From: Oopsacas minuta | Lineage: Eukaryota; Animalia; Porifera | NCBI GenBank assembly: GCA_024704765.1 | Contig: JAKMXF010000295.1 | Location: 372,001 to 436,000 of the forward strand | Length of the DNA: 64,000 nucleotides | Reading direction: 5' to 3' | Shown here: positions 13,067-25,238 of the stretch, in pieces | How the letters are laid out: each line of letters opens with the position of its first letter | Position numbering within the stretch: position 1 is the stretch's first letter | Notes under the pieces: generated by a model | Database searches by the model: none | What the model was told of the DNA's origin: nothing | What the model saw: the letters and a program-made list of their open reading frames with translations, nothing else | Made by a program: the position numbers and the translations under genes

Positions 13067-14369
13067 CAGGGTTAGGCATAAGTTCTGCAACAAAATTTAA
13101 ATTAAGCTAGAGGTTTTGCGAATTGTTTTAAGTGAATATTTATTTATCATAGATTATCTTCAATATCTTTCTAAACAATATTTAGAGTATTGAGTCCTAC
13201 TAGAAAAATTTTTTTGATTTATGGAGAAAGAAGCAAAACGGTCATTGATAATCTTGTATCATGATGAAGGTAAGTCAGCTTCCGTAATATCAAAAATACT
13301 GTCCATAAACAGATGGATAGTCTACCGTACAATCAAACGTTACAAAGAGACTGGCAGTACCCAGGACAGGTTCAGAAAAGGTAGACCTCGTTCTGTTCGT
13401 ACTCCTGCTGTTAGGAAGCTCGTCCGGGAGAGGGTCAGGAAGAATCCTGTCAGAAGCATCCAAAGCATGGCAAAAGACTTCAATATTACAACCAGAAGTA
13501 TGGGGAAGATAGTAAAAGAGGATTTAGGCTTGAAATGCTACAAATTTCGAGAGGTACAGTAACTTTCTGAGGTGAATAAGAGGCGTTGGTATGAAAAATG
13601 TCTGATTCTGAGAAAAAGGTTCACTGGTGGCACGCACCAGAGTATTGTCTTCTCCGATGAGAAGATTTTGACCGTAGAAATGGTATATAATCACCAAAAC
13701 AGTCGAATTCTTGCTCCAGATCAAAAGTCTATATCGTTATCAATACGCATAATCGAAAGAACTCAGAAACCTGCATCGGTCATGGTTTGGGGAGCTATTA
13801 CTTCTGATGGTCGGACACCTCTGGTGGTCATTGACAAAGGGGTGAAAATTAACAAAGAGGTGTATGTAGAGAGCATTTTAGAGAACGCATTGAAGCCTTG
13901 GGCGGGCGGGCACTTCAATGGCACGCATTGGGTGTTCCAGTAAGATTCCGCTCCCTCCCACAAAGCCAAAATGACATCTGAGTGGTTGAAACTCAATGTA
14001 CCGGAATTTATATCAACTGAAGAATGGCCGGTCTCTTCTCCAGATCTAAACCCTATGGATTTCTGTATATGGTCCATCTTAGAGTCAAGGATATGTGCAA
14101 AGCCTCACAAGAATGTCGAAAGTCTGAAGTCTTCCTTGAAAAGAGAGTGGGATTTAATCAGTGAGGACGTGTTGCGTGCTGCTGTCGATAATTTCTATAA
14201 GCGATCGAGCCTATGTATCGCAGCAAAGGGCAATACATTTAAAGAGCTAGATTAATTTCATTATCCCTGGTATGTATATTCACTAATTCATTACGAATTT
14301 CAACTACTATTATGGTAAAATAAGAAATATACTAGTTTATACTTGTTGCAGAACTTATGCCTAACCCTG
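13067..14369 (+). mobile_element. maT (DD37D) Tc1/mariner element, full length, 1303 bp
   Basis: Perfect 27-bp TIR CAGGGTTAGGCATAAGTTCTGCAACAA with TA on both sides. Transposase 13221-14255 in a single frame with two internal TAA. FSDEK, FQ*DSAP, SPDLNPMD; 37 residues counted between D2 and D3. Confidence 0.95.
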
Positions 14370-15129
14370 TATATCAGTGCTCCATGGATTATCCACGACA
14401 CTGTTCATAGTCTATATGTTACAGCCTTACAGAGATAAATATACGGAACAGCTCAGTGTAGCATTTGAGTATATGTCTTAAACAAGTCGAATCGAGTCAT
14501 ACTAAATTCATTAAATACTAGCGCGCTTCGCTTGCTCCCGATACGCGGTTGCAAACACTTCGTGTCCACAATCGGGCCTACGGCCTTGGAGTACATAAAT
14601 TTATAATCTTAACCGTAGCAAACATGATACTGCTCTTTAAATCTGCTCACTTCATGTCCCCAAAAGTGAACAAATTTTATACAATGTTGTATAGATGATC
14701 ATATTCGATTATCAATAAAATGTTGTTTTGTTGTCGTTATTTAGTGTAACGTTGGTTCTGGACATTATGAACTGAACCTATATGTTTTCCATATGGGGGA
14801 GCGAGACAGACATACACAACCTGAGATTTAATAATAGAGATTAGGCCGTGGCTAATATTGACTGGCGATTTACTTAGCCCTGCATTTTCGGATTGCGGTC
14901 TTCTATAGTGTAATCAACAAATACTGTACATTACATGCCGATGGGAATTAAACACTACATACTAGTAGATAAACATAGATAAAACATAATATAACACATA
15001 ATTAGAGATTGACTTGCTGGAGGAGTTTGTCAGGCAGCTACCACATCTTGACATCTGTCCATAGTCCTTGGTAGCTGCATTGAAGAGGAGGAGGAGAATT
15101 AGAGATGGGGGCATGGCAGTGGATTTGAG

Positions 15130-16257
15130 AGGAAAATGGAAGGCAAGAATTCACGCCAAAGATACCGAGGGTACTGCTGCTAAACTACCCAAGCTGGACA
15201 CCCTGAAGCGGACAATACAACGCCAATGTGCTAGTGTACTTGCAGCACCAGTACAGCCTACCACTCTAGCAGAGCTAGCTCTACCAGCAGTCTACCAGCA
15301 GGCAGCCAAAGGAGAACAGTTTTCACTCTAGAACTCTGGTGCAGACGATGTACACAGATTCCTCATCTTTGGGACATAACACAACTTCGGGATGCTGCAG
15401 CGAAGGAAGATCTGGCTAGCTGATGGCACCTTCAAGACGGCACCTCCCCTCTTCGCCCAGGTGTATGTGGTACATGGACTCCGTGGAGGAGATGATCCTA
15501 TGAAGACCGGTCATCTGTTACCGAGCCTATTCGTGCTACTGCCTACCTGAGGATGTGGGAACAGATCCGCCTACTCTGTCCACTTGCCCAGCCTCAACAG
15601 ATGCTCCTGGACTTTGAGAAGGGCGCGATTACCAGCTTTGAGGCATGTCTGGCCTAACACAGTAGTGAAGTGCTGCTTCTTCCACCTCACGCAGAATATC
15701 TGGCGACATGTGCAGTCTGCCTACACATATGACGAAGAGTTAGCTATGCGAATCCGGAAGAGACCAGCCCTTGCTTTTGCCCGACCAGCAGACGTACCCG
15801 ATCTGTTTGATCAAGTGGCAATGGACCTCCCCTTACGCCTGAGATAGGCGAACTAGTTGACTACTTTGAGACCACGTATATCGGCCGCACACTTGTCAGC
15901 GGATACCATGTAACGGCGACGTACCCTATTCACCTGTGGAACAACCACATCGGCACGCCCTTAGGACTCCCCCGTACAACCAACGCCGTAGAGGCATGGC
16001 ACCGCAGCTTCAATGCCACTGTCGGCTGCCATCACCCTACCATATGGAAGTTCATCCTCTCCCTCAATTGTGAGCTGGGTCTAGTGGAGGTGCGGCATAC
16101 TAACTACCTTGTTGGCAACCCACCAATCAAGCGGAGGCGGTCCCAACAGAGTGAGGAAGCGTTGAAGACTCTAGTTCGTGAATATTATTCTCCAGATCGT
16201 TCTAAAATGGAGTTCTTGCAGGGTGTAGCACATCATTTCAGTCTGGGAACTGATTAA
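15130..16257 (+). pseudogene. MULE-B-family transposase fragment (plus copy)
   Basis: ADGTFKT, LLDFEKGA, CFFHL and RTTNAVEAWHRSFN motifs; N-terminus deleted; ends GTD* at 16257. Confidence 0.85.
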
Positions 16258-16883
16258 GATATTAATCAAACTATTATCTCTAATCAATGTATCTGAGGGC
16301 TAGATTGCCACTTGATCAAACAGATCGGGTACGTCTGCTGGTCGGGCAAAAGCAAGGGCTGGTCTCTTCCGGATTCGCATAGCTAACTCTTCGTCATATG
16401 TGTAGGCAGACTGCACATGTCGCCAGATATTCTGCGTGAGGTGGAAGAAGCAGCACTTCACTACTGTGTTAGGCCAGACATGCCTCAAAGCTGGTAATCG
16501 CGCCCTTCTCAAAGTCCAGGAGCATCTGTTGAGGCTGGGCAAGTGGACAGAGTAGGCGGATCTGTTCCCACATCCTCAGGTAGGCAGTAGCACGAATAGG
16601 CTCGGTAACAGATGACCGGTCTTCATAGGATCATCTCCTCCACGGAGTCCATGTACCACATACACCTGGGCGAAGAGGGGAGGTGCCGTCTTGAAGGTGC
16701 CATCAGCTAGCCAGATCTTCCTTCGCTGCAGCATCCCGAAGTTGTGTTATGTCCCAAAGATGAGGAATCTGTGTACATCGTCTGCACCAGAGTTCTAGAG
16801 TGAAAACTGTTCTCCTTTGGCTGCCTGCTGGTAGACTGCTGGTAGAGCTAGCTCTGCTAGAGTGGTAGGCTGTACTGGTGCTG
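15243..16883. repeat. 580-bp inverted duplication (15243-15822 vs 16304-16883), 481-bp spacer
   Basis: The arms read as exact reverse complements wherever I compared them; both yield the identical 81-aa ORF stretch in the track. Confidence 0.9.
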
Positions 16884-17214
16884 ATGCTGTCTGCAAACTC
16901 TCGCCTACTATGTGGTGTGCGCTATAATGGGACTCCCGCGCTTCCCTCTTGATGCCTACCTTCGTCTCGCAGCCGCTCACAGACTTGTCGTCAGGCGCAT
17001 GAGTATGTTCATTCGTGCGCTTGACTATGTCTGTATCTTTGGTGTGAATTCTTGCTTCACAAGTTCCCCTCTCCTTGCACTGCCAATGTACCACATCTCC
17101 AATCCTCCTCTGTACAGTATACATAAAGCCTCCTTCCATCATCTTGCTGCCTCTTCTGATCGTCTTGATCAACCTGAATGGTTGATCAGGAGGCTCTACC
17201 ATTAGCGAATACAA
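16304..17214 (-). pseudogene. MULE-B FLYWCH transposase 5' part (minus copy)
   Basis: GGFMYTVQRR...HWQCKERGTCEARIH...HTH FLYWCH finger, followed by the same core as the plus copy; truncated at 16304. Confidence 0.85.
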
Positions 17215-20200
17215 TAATCAAATATGGCAATAAAAGTAGATAAATAATTTATTTGAGAAACACTAATCTGAACAATGGAAGTAACTAATCGTATTATTGA
17301 ATTTTGAAGCTTATTGACTCATAAAACAGCTATACGATGTTTACAGAATCTAGAATTTGATGATGATTACTTGAGGTTTACATTCCAATTCGTATATAAA
17401 CATTATCAGTCGTTTCGAATTATTTGATTGACGTACTTCTGAAAATATACTCAATGCATTTAGACGCAATACTTTGAACGGCTTTACAATGATCTAAACT
17501 ATAACTGGGATTCTACAAGGGTAGATTTTACAATATTTAAGGGGAATAATTTAATTTAAAATAATAATAAAAATTGACAAATCAAATAAGTAGCGAGATA
17601 TCGTGTAGCGAAATGTGTGTGTAGCGAGATGTCGGTATCCGATTATATTTTTCTCAGATAATATCCGAACGTTTTTACCTCAAATAACCAACATCCAGTC
17701 TGATGGAACATTTTATACCGTTCCAGTCCTTTTGCCAGGTTTGGACTATATTTCTGACTGTTGATCGACATGCTTTACCGGGCATACACTGTCTAATGAG
17801 TGGTAAGAATGAGGAACTTTACAAAGCAATACTAATTCACATACATCAGCTTCTACCCGAACCTCAACCACTACATCCATGTCCAATTGGAAAGCTGCTC
17901 CTCGTAAGGCTCTGAAAGAACAATTTCCTAATATAAAACTGATTGGATGTTGGTTTCATTTTACGCAGCGAATATGGTCTGAAACTCAGAAACAGGGACT
18001 TACAGAGAGTTTAAAGATAATATAGAAGTTTCAAGTTTTTTCGTCAATTAATGAGCATTCCTTTCTTTAAGCTAGTTTCATCCATCCAACCTACACACTA
18101 CTTCAATTTCCTGCGACTATCATACCTACAGAAGCAATGAAATTGGAAAAACTAAACAAATACTTCAAAAGGAGATGGATAAACCATGTCAACCCAGAAG
18201 AAATATCAATTTTTGACTCAAAATTTAAGACAAATAATGGAGCTGAATCCTACCACGCAAGGCTTAAGGATAGAATTAGGGCTAATCACCCCAGAATATG
18301 GAGTTTTATGACCCATATTAATGAAATAATAATGGATACGGATAACGAATTTGGGAGGCTGTCCCTGGGTAAGGATATAACAAACCGAGAAAAAAGACAA
18401 ACATTCTAACTGATGATCACTGTAGACGTTGTAAACAAAAATTTCAATCCGGATGCTATATCCCGTGTGAATATATAAATGCAGTAGGTCAGACCATTGG
18501 AAATATTCGCGATCCACAAGGGGAAGTGGAATTCTCTGACTGTTCAGAAGATTCAGAAACAGATCATACTGATGATGATGATAACAACCACCAGAAATGT
18601 GTTGTTTGTCTAAACTCAAGAACATCCACTTGGATCTTTCTACCTTGCAAATATCCCCAGTGCTATGTGGAATATTGCAAACAAATCGAAGAACTTGGAC
18701 AATCGTGTCCTGCCTATCGGTCTCCAATAGAAAGGAACCTTAAAATATTTACCAATTAGCTTTACAATTGATACATTCACAAAATATTTAATTATTTGTT
18801 TAGGACTCATTAAATTCTTTCCTAATAAACAGATTTTACCTTTTGGTGTAAACAACGAAGGTCGGCCAAAATCTTTTCTCTAGCTAACGCCAACTAACTG
18901 AAATTACTGTCGGACTAACGCCAACTGTCCAAATTCGATCTAACGACAACTGTCCAAATTCAAACTAATGCAATGCTCCCCTACGATTCCTCTTATCCCT
19001 GGTCTAGTGAAAATAAGTTCAATGAGCAGGCCTATTCTATAGTAAGCAAATCATGTAGAAATAGAGAAATGGTAATTAATTGTGCATATTTCTAGGTTGA
19101 AATTTTACAAAAAATAGGCTGAAGAATGCAAATAATGAAAAAGATATAGTAAATAGGCAAGTAGAAAAACATCTTTGCGACTTGGAGTACATTTGTGAAC
19201 AAGAAATGCTATCAAAAGGAACATACATATACAATTGATGTTTGTTTTCAGGACAAAACCAATAGAAATCTTCATGAGAAATTTCACATGAAATTTATGG
19301 TGATTGTTGTAAAGCTTGTACAAAGCTGAAATTTGAAACTATTTCTTAAAAAATATTTACATGACTTCGCAAGAAAGTGGCAACATTCAATGATGGCTTG
19401 CACGTCTCATTCTTCGATTTCATTTCTCTCCCATCAACATAACCGTAGGAGAAGGCCCGGAAGGTCTGGTTTAAACCTGACCAACTATCGGCGCCTCCAT
19501 ATATTTGGCATAGGTTAACCTAGCAAGTATAATACTGCTTTCTATGGCCAAGATCAATGGACAACACATGGGATACCGGAGCTCCAATGGAGAATTGACC
19601 AATGGGTCAGTGAGTCAAATGGGTTAATGGTTCACTCAACAATAATGCTACGCATATAGATTCGGAAAAATATTATTTAGCCTAAATTTTATGTGTAAAA
19701 ATTGGAATATAAATACAAAATGATAAAATTATATTAGCAAAAGTGTCGTCAAACGTTACGCTGCGTCACACATTTGCAAAAAAGAATGGGGCTGTCACAT
19801 TCTTTCAATCTTACCCTTTGTCATCCTTTCGCAGTAAAACAGAATGAAAGGGACAGGTTACACTAGACACCTCTAGGCAACGACACCCAACGTCTGATCC
19901 ATTTGCAGCTATACTATATACTACGGGCTATCATATGATTGCAAATAATGATCAATTTGACACAAATTACAAAAATGTCCAACAGTTGTATTATCCGTCG
20001 TCTCCGAAGGATAGTGACATCTAAAAGTTGAGGGGGGATTATTTCAAGCTATCAAAATGCCCAAATTTCCCAAAACTCCAGGTCTTTCATGAATATATGT
20101 TAAGAGATAGAGAGATAAAAAGAAAGAAATTTTAGCTAACTAGAGGAGCGTTTAAAGGAGAAATTCGATAAGAGTATGCGGAAATATCTGCTAAGATATT

Positions 20201-21129
20201 CCTGAAAAAATGAAAAATCTACAAGATGATTCAATTGATCGCAAGGATCTGCTACACAGTGGTTGAAATGGCAGTTGGCAGGGAATAGGTATCCTTGTAT
20301 ACTATGCACAATATAAATTATTATTCACACATGGGTTATCGATCCCTATGAATCGATTGGGAATTTTTACGCAGAGATGAAAAAATATGATTTTGATTAA
20401 TTTCAAGTAAATAAATAACTCATTTTTAATCAACATAATGTATATAGTGTGAATACACGCATTGTTGTAACTAAAATTATGAATTTACTCTACAATCTAT
20501 TTTAAGAAAATAGCTTTATGCTTAGCCTACTAAAGATAAGCCTGATCACTACCTTTGCCCAGGGATACAAGTGGATAAATTTTGATGAAATTCTTTAATC
20601 GTCAATAATATGAAATTGGTACACTTTCACCCGAATTCATGTATTATTAATATGTAAGAATTCGCAAAAGCCACACCAGTGAAATTTTAAGAGGGAAATA
20701 ACTGAATCGATTTAGAATAAATGGTAAGTATGTATTAACAAATGCTCAATCTTTGAACCTATGTGTAGAACGATAATTATTAATGTATGTTCAAAATGTT
20801 GAACTCCAAATGATCTACAGTGCAAGGGACAAAAATTGTGACGATAAAGTTGGTATTTTTCTGAGTTATCACAGAGACAATGGATGTCATATGATTTGTT
20901 AATATCCTCTTATAACTCGACAATCGCGGAAATATGGTTTAATCGTGTAGCCATTTTAAGCAACTCGCCCAACTCCCATGCCATGCAATATATTTTGATA
21001 TGATATCACCAAAGATTATTGCACAATCTCAAAAATGATTATATATGGGGATATTCATGATTACGTCATATTGGTAAGGGATATCATCTCAAAAGATATG
21101 ATAAGGATATGGAAAGTATATAAGTTCCA

Positions 21130-22640
21130 GAAGACTGAAATCGGACGAGCAATAAAGTTTTCAGTATCGACGGCTGCTCCTTCACCCTTGTCACACAGCG
21201 AGAAAGAAAATGGTGGATTCTGCACACCTTGTGCTATATTTGCTACTTCGGGTCTCATGGATCAGATCCCGGCATCTTTGTTTGACGACCTCTTGTTTCC
21301 TTTTCAAAGGCTTCGGATGTTTTATCCAAGCACACAGTCAAAGAGTATCATAAAACAGCAATAATCCGAGCTGATGAATTTTTGCAAGTAATGAAAAATA
21401 CACAACCAAACATACTCTGTTAGAGGAATCAGACTATTTTGGAAAGGTCTTATTCCAATAGGCAGAAACTAGCATCAATCATAAAAACAATATTGTTATG
21501 TGGCTGTCAGAATATGACACTATGTGGTCACCCAGACGGTGCCACTAACTTAGAAGTTGACATACTTGGGAATCATGGCAACTTCTGGACCTTATTAGAG
21601 TTTAGGATTGATACTGGTGACAGAATACTCTAAGAGCACCTGAAAGTTATCCAAAACAAACTTATTGATGTCATCTCCAATCACATTCAGTATAAACTAC
21701 TTGACAAAGAATCTTGTGGATTCTTGCATTGGGTTGATAAGGGCAGATTTCATTAACTTCGCAGAGTGCGATTCAGGAATTACTGGACGCTGCCTAGCAG
21801 ATAAGATTACAGGAACACTCCATAGTTATGGTCTAGATCTAATAAACTTGAGAGGTCAAGCCTATGATGGAGCTGTTAATATGGCAGGTTCAATCAAAGG
21901 TATAGCAGCTAGAACCTGAGAATAGTATCCACTTGTTTTGCACCTTCATTGTTCTTCTCATTGCATGAACTTTGCAGTCATTAAGTCTCTTCAAATTCCA
22001 AACAGTCCAAACATGATAGGTGGATTGTTGATTGCTTTGAGGGTATATTTAGTGATGGACTTAGCTTGTGGTCTTCAGATTCTCTGACAGATGCTATGAG
22101 TCTACAATTAGCTATTAGGACAACCGACTTCATTGCTCCATTGGCAATCACGAGTTGCAGCCTAAAGTATATCGAAGCATTGACTACCAATCTTCAGGCT
22201 GAAGCGAAGGATATAGTGGAAGCTGTTCGAGAGTTAACATTGCTAGAGGCAATATTGAGGGACATCACAATCGTTTGTTTAGTACTGTCGAGCAGATGTG
22301 CTCTGACATCGGTATTGTGCCATATGTACCACGTCGATGCGGTTGTGAAAGTCATGAGAATAATGTGCATGCTGACACTCCATCAGAATATTATTGCCGA
22401 TGTTTATCTATCCCTCTTCTTCACCACATGCTTGTAGAGATCGACTCTCGTTTCACTAAACACCAACAAACTGCTTTGCAGGGACGAGCAGTTACACCAC
22501 CAATAATGGTATCTCTATCTCTAAATGAATGCACCTCCAAGATCTCACAACTGGCTGAGATGTATCAAGAATACCATCAATTATGTTTCAAAATCTAAAC
22601 AACTTTGGTATAACTATACAACCCTACACTTCTCCTACTA
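21130..22640 (+). pseudogene. hAT transposase remnant (THAP12/PRKRIR-like, DUF4371 type)
   Basis: ENGGFCTPCAIF, RQKLASIIKTILLCGCQNM.L.GH, GNFWTLLEFRI, LRGQAYDGAVNMAG, LHCSSH; heavily frameshifted; no TIR found. Confidence 0.8.
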
Positions 22641-22832
22641 TGTGACAAGAATAGCTGTACATCGATGTTGAGGTCTAATATTCAAAAGAAAACGCCAAAA
22701 TATGAATTTTGAATAGCTATTGCCAAACCTCTTAAAATGCCCTCTCTACATGCAAAAATAGTGCTACCAGATTTCAATATAATTGGAGGGCATTATGTGG
22801 TCGCGCAATGTATTTTAAATAGGAACTGGATA

Positions 22833-24134
22833 CGAGGGGCACTCATAAGTTTGAGTCTGACAATGTTGCGAGCTCTTATATAAGTAAACCATTATTTGTT
22901 TCGAATAAACATGGGATAAATATACTTCGCTGAAAATCTTGTAACTTAATCTTGTATACTTTTCAGATAGCAGTAGTTTTATTATCTATGGATTCTTTAG
23001 TTACCAAATCCTTAATACAGTTATCATGCGTGAAATTCGTGCGATAATACTTTTTCAGTTCCAACTTTTGAAAACAATAAAAGAATGTCACGAAAATTTC
23101 TGTACAGCCTTTCCAAATAACAAGGTATCTGCGGAAACAATGAAAAGATGGTACAGAGAATTTAAGCGTGGGAATTTTTATCTTGAAGAAACCAACCCCG
23201 TCCTGGACCACCCCCAACGCTGTTACAGAGGGAATTGTTGAATCAATTGAGAATATGGCGATAGCAGACCCAAATGTACCATATAAGAGGATTCAGCACG
23301 AAATTGGCATTTCATCCGGGCAGTGCACACCGTTTTACACCAATCACTTCAGCTACTTAAATTTCGTTCCCGCTGGATCCCACATCAGCTTCATCCTGAG
23401 CAGAAGCAGAATCGAGGGAAATGGTGCCATGAAATGCTTCAAAAGATTCAACAATGGCAACAGTAGAGATGTTTCCAAGACAATAACTGGTGATGAAACA
23501 TGGATCTATCAGTATGATCCAGAAACAAAGCAGCAGAGCCGTCAATGGTGTGAAATTGGAGAAGGTCCCCCAACAAAGGTTCGCAGAACTCAGTACACCA
23601 AGAAACAATGTTTGCAATATTTTAATACACAACGGGTGTGTAAAATGTTGTACCTCTTGAACCTGGTAAGACAATTAATTCAACATGGTATACAGAGAGT
23701 TGTTTGCCTCTAGTCATAAAAGCAATAAATTTACAGCGTCCTGGCACAGGATTAAGGGGAACTTTTTTGCACCACGATAATGCCAGTTCTCATACATCAA
23801 AAATGACAGGACAATACATTGAAGAATCAGGACTACCTATTTTTCACACTCCCTTATTCTCCAGATCTAGCACCTTGCGACTTCTGGCTCTTTCCTAGAA
23901 TAAAAAAATACCTTAAAGGCAGAAATTATTCATCGAATTCTGGATTTGAGGGGGCCCTCAGAGAAGTGATCGGAGAGATCAACGAAATGAATTTAAAGAA
24001 GCTATTTTAAGCTTGGTTTAAACGAATGAACAAGTACATTCAAGCTAAGGGTGCTATTTCGAACAATAATAGTAAAAATAAATATAGATTGATGCTTTTG
24101 ATACTTGGGCTGAAAAGTTATTGAGTACACCTCG
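22833..24134 (+). mobile_element. mariner (DD34D) element, 1302 bp, frameshifted
   Basis: TA-CGAGGG...CCTCG-TA ends; WIPH, TGDETW, HHDNASSHT, PYSPDLAPCDF. Confidence 0.9.
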
Positions 24135-24611
24135 TATAACTTCCTCAATCACCCACGCCGGAATATCGATGGGCATGAATATGTCCAAGAACCTGTGCGA
24201 GGCTAATAATCCCTCCAAACAAAGTTTTTCTGGAAGAGGAGATCTGGAGACACAAATTTGCTTTAAGAAACTTGGCCAGCCATAGTCACGCAAAACTCTC
24301 AATTTTCCGGAATGCCTTAAATTTTCAGGGATCAATCCGCTATCAGCTAGTGGGATACTACCATAGACTCAAATAAATCATGTGGACTCACTAAAGTATT
24401 CAGTAGACCAAGAAGCGGTTCATATATACCAGGTTAGGAAGCTCTGGGTTAGAATTTCCGAAGGTAATAAATAGAAGTATGATATATGATAGGGGTAACG
24501 ATGTGTTGATGTTTGGAAAACGCAGCTACATATGCGAATTAGATTCGAAATACCCATTACATACAAAAATACGAACAAATGCATGTCGTTCGTTCAAACG
24601 AAAAAACTAAC

Positions 24612-25238
24612 CTAAAAATAGATGATTTGATTGCACAACACAAATGGAGGTACATAATACAGAACTAGCTGATTTCTGAAAATGAATCTTTTTCATCTTT
24701 CTCATATCATCAGTAATCAAAAAAATAACATATATATCACCATCCTTTGTGGAAAGGGCAATGGTGTCTCCTAAGTCAGAAATTATGCAAAATCTACTGC
24801 AATCCAAGGAAATAACAACATCTTCAAAAGTTTCAAGTGGAAAATCTGTATTAGCTTCGGTAAACGAATTTAGAGAGATACCATAAGATGGCACGCCTTG
24901 ATTCAGATGAATAACGCAATTAGCTCCAAATACTAATACTCCACCTATAGGTTTAGGAATAGACAACAACCCGAATGTGTCACATGGTAAACTGGGTATA
25001 GACCAAATAGCTGGATGCGATTGGTCATTAAGGTTAATTGAGATAGCGATGAGTTTAACATTATCTTTTCTCGAATTGATAATTCCAATCCAAGTATTAA
25101 TAGGAGCATATAAAAATACAACGGTTGGATCACTATAGCCATGTAAAAACTGATAGTCCAAAACATTGCAAAGAGAGTCATCAATATCCTTTAGGTTTAT
25201 AACATAGGAATGCAAAGATAAGGACACGGTTTCACAAT
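24612..25238 (-). CDS. CPSF1: CPSF1 coding exon 2
   Basis: SYVINL...NVLDYQFLHGYSDPT...IPKPIGGVLVFGAN...HLFLG is the next CPSF160 segment. Acceptor TTTATTCATAG|AT at 25239/25238 and donor TTAG|GTTAGT at 24612/24611. 627 nt, phase 1 at both ends, frame-compatible with exons 1 and 3. Confidence 0.95.

Larger units (their letters stand above)
11172..17641 (-). mobile_element. Mutator-like element B nested in MULE-A
   Basis: TIRs built of GACAT(C/T)TCG(C/T)TACA units (5 left, 3 right). 9-bp TSD ATTATGTTT (11163-11171) and ATTATATTT (17642-17650), 8/9 match. Excision restores the host frame. Confidence 0.85.
10670..18759 (+). pseudogene. MULE-A transposase (FLYWCH-like Zn finger, MULE DDE, C-terminal RING), split by insert 11172-17641
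   Basis: 5' part C..FRNGC*...HNH. Removing the insert and one TSD gives AIMFFSDNIRTFLPQITNIQSDGTFY. Later GCWFHF and TNNGAESYH, then CVVCLNSR...FLPC...C..C...CP at 18595-18730. Several stops and frameshifts. Confidence 0.8.
10385..18980 (+). mobile_element. Mutator-like element A (outer element of nested complex)
   Basis: About 110-bp TIRs with TTGGACAGTTG subrepeats (10385-10495 and about 18880-18980). Exact 9-bp TSD CTACGATTC at 10376-10384 and 18981-18989. About 2.1 kb once the insert is removed. Confidence 0.9.
10134..24611 (-). other. CPSF1 intron 2 (14,478 bp, GT-AG, transposon-filled)
   Basis: Bounded by the splice sites above. The junction rebuilds the conserved FLG-SRLGNSLLL motif. 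Confidence 0.9.

Noticed and set aside
13560-13943. In-frame TAA codons suggesting TAA=Gln recoding
   Set aside because: CPSF1 runs 1368 codons with no in-frame TAA or TAG; point mutation in a dead element explains them.
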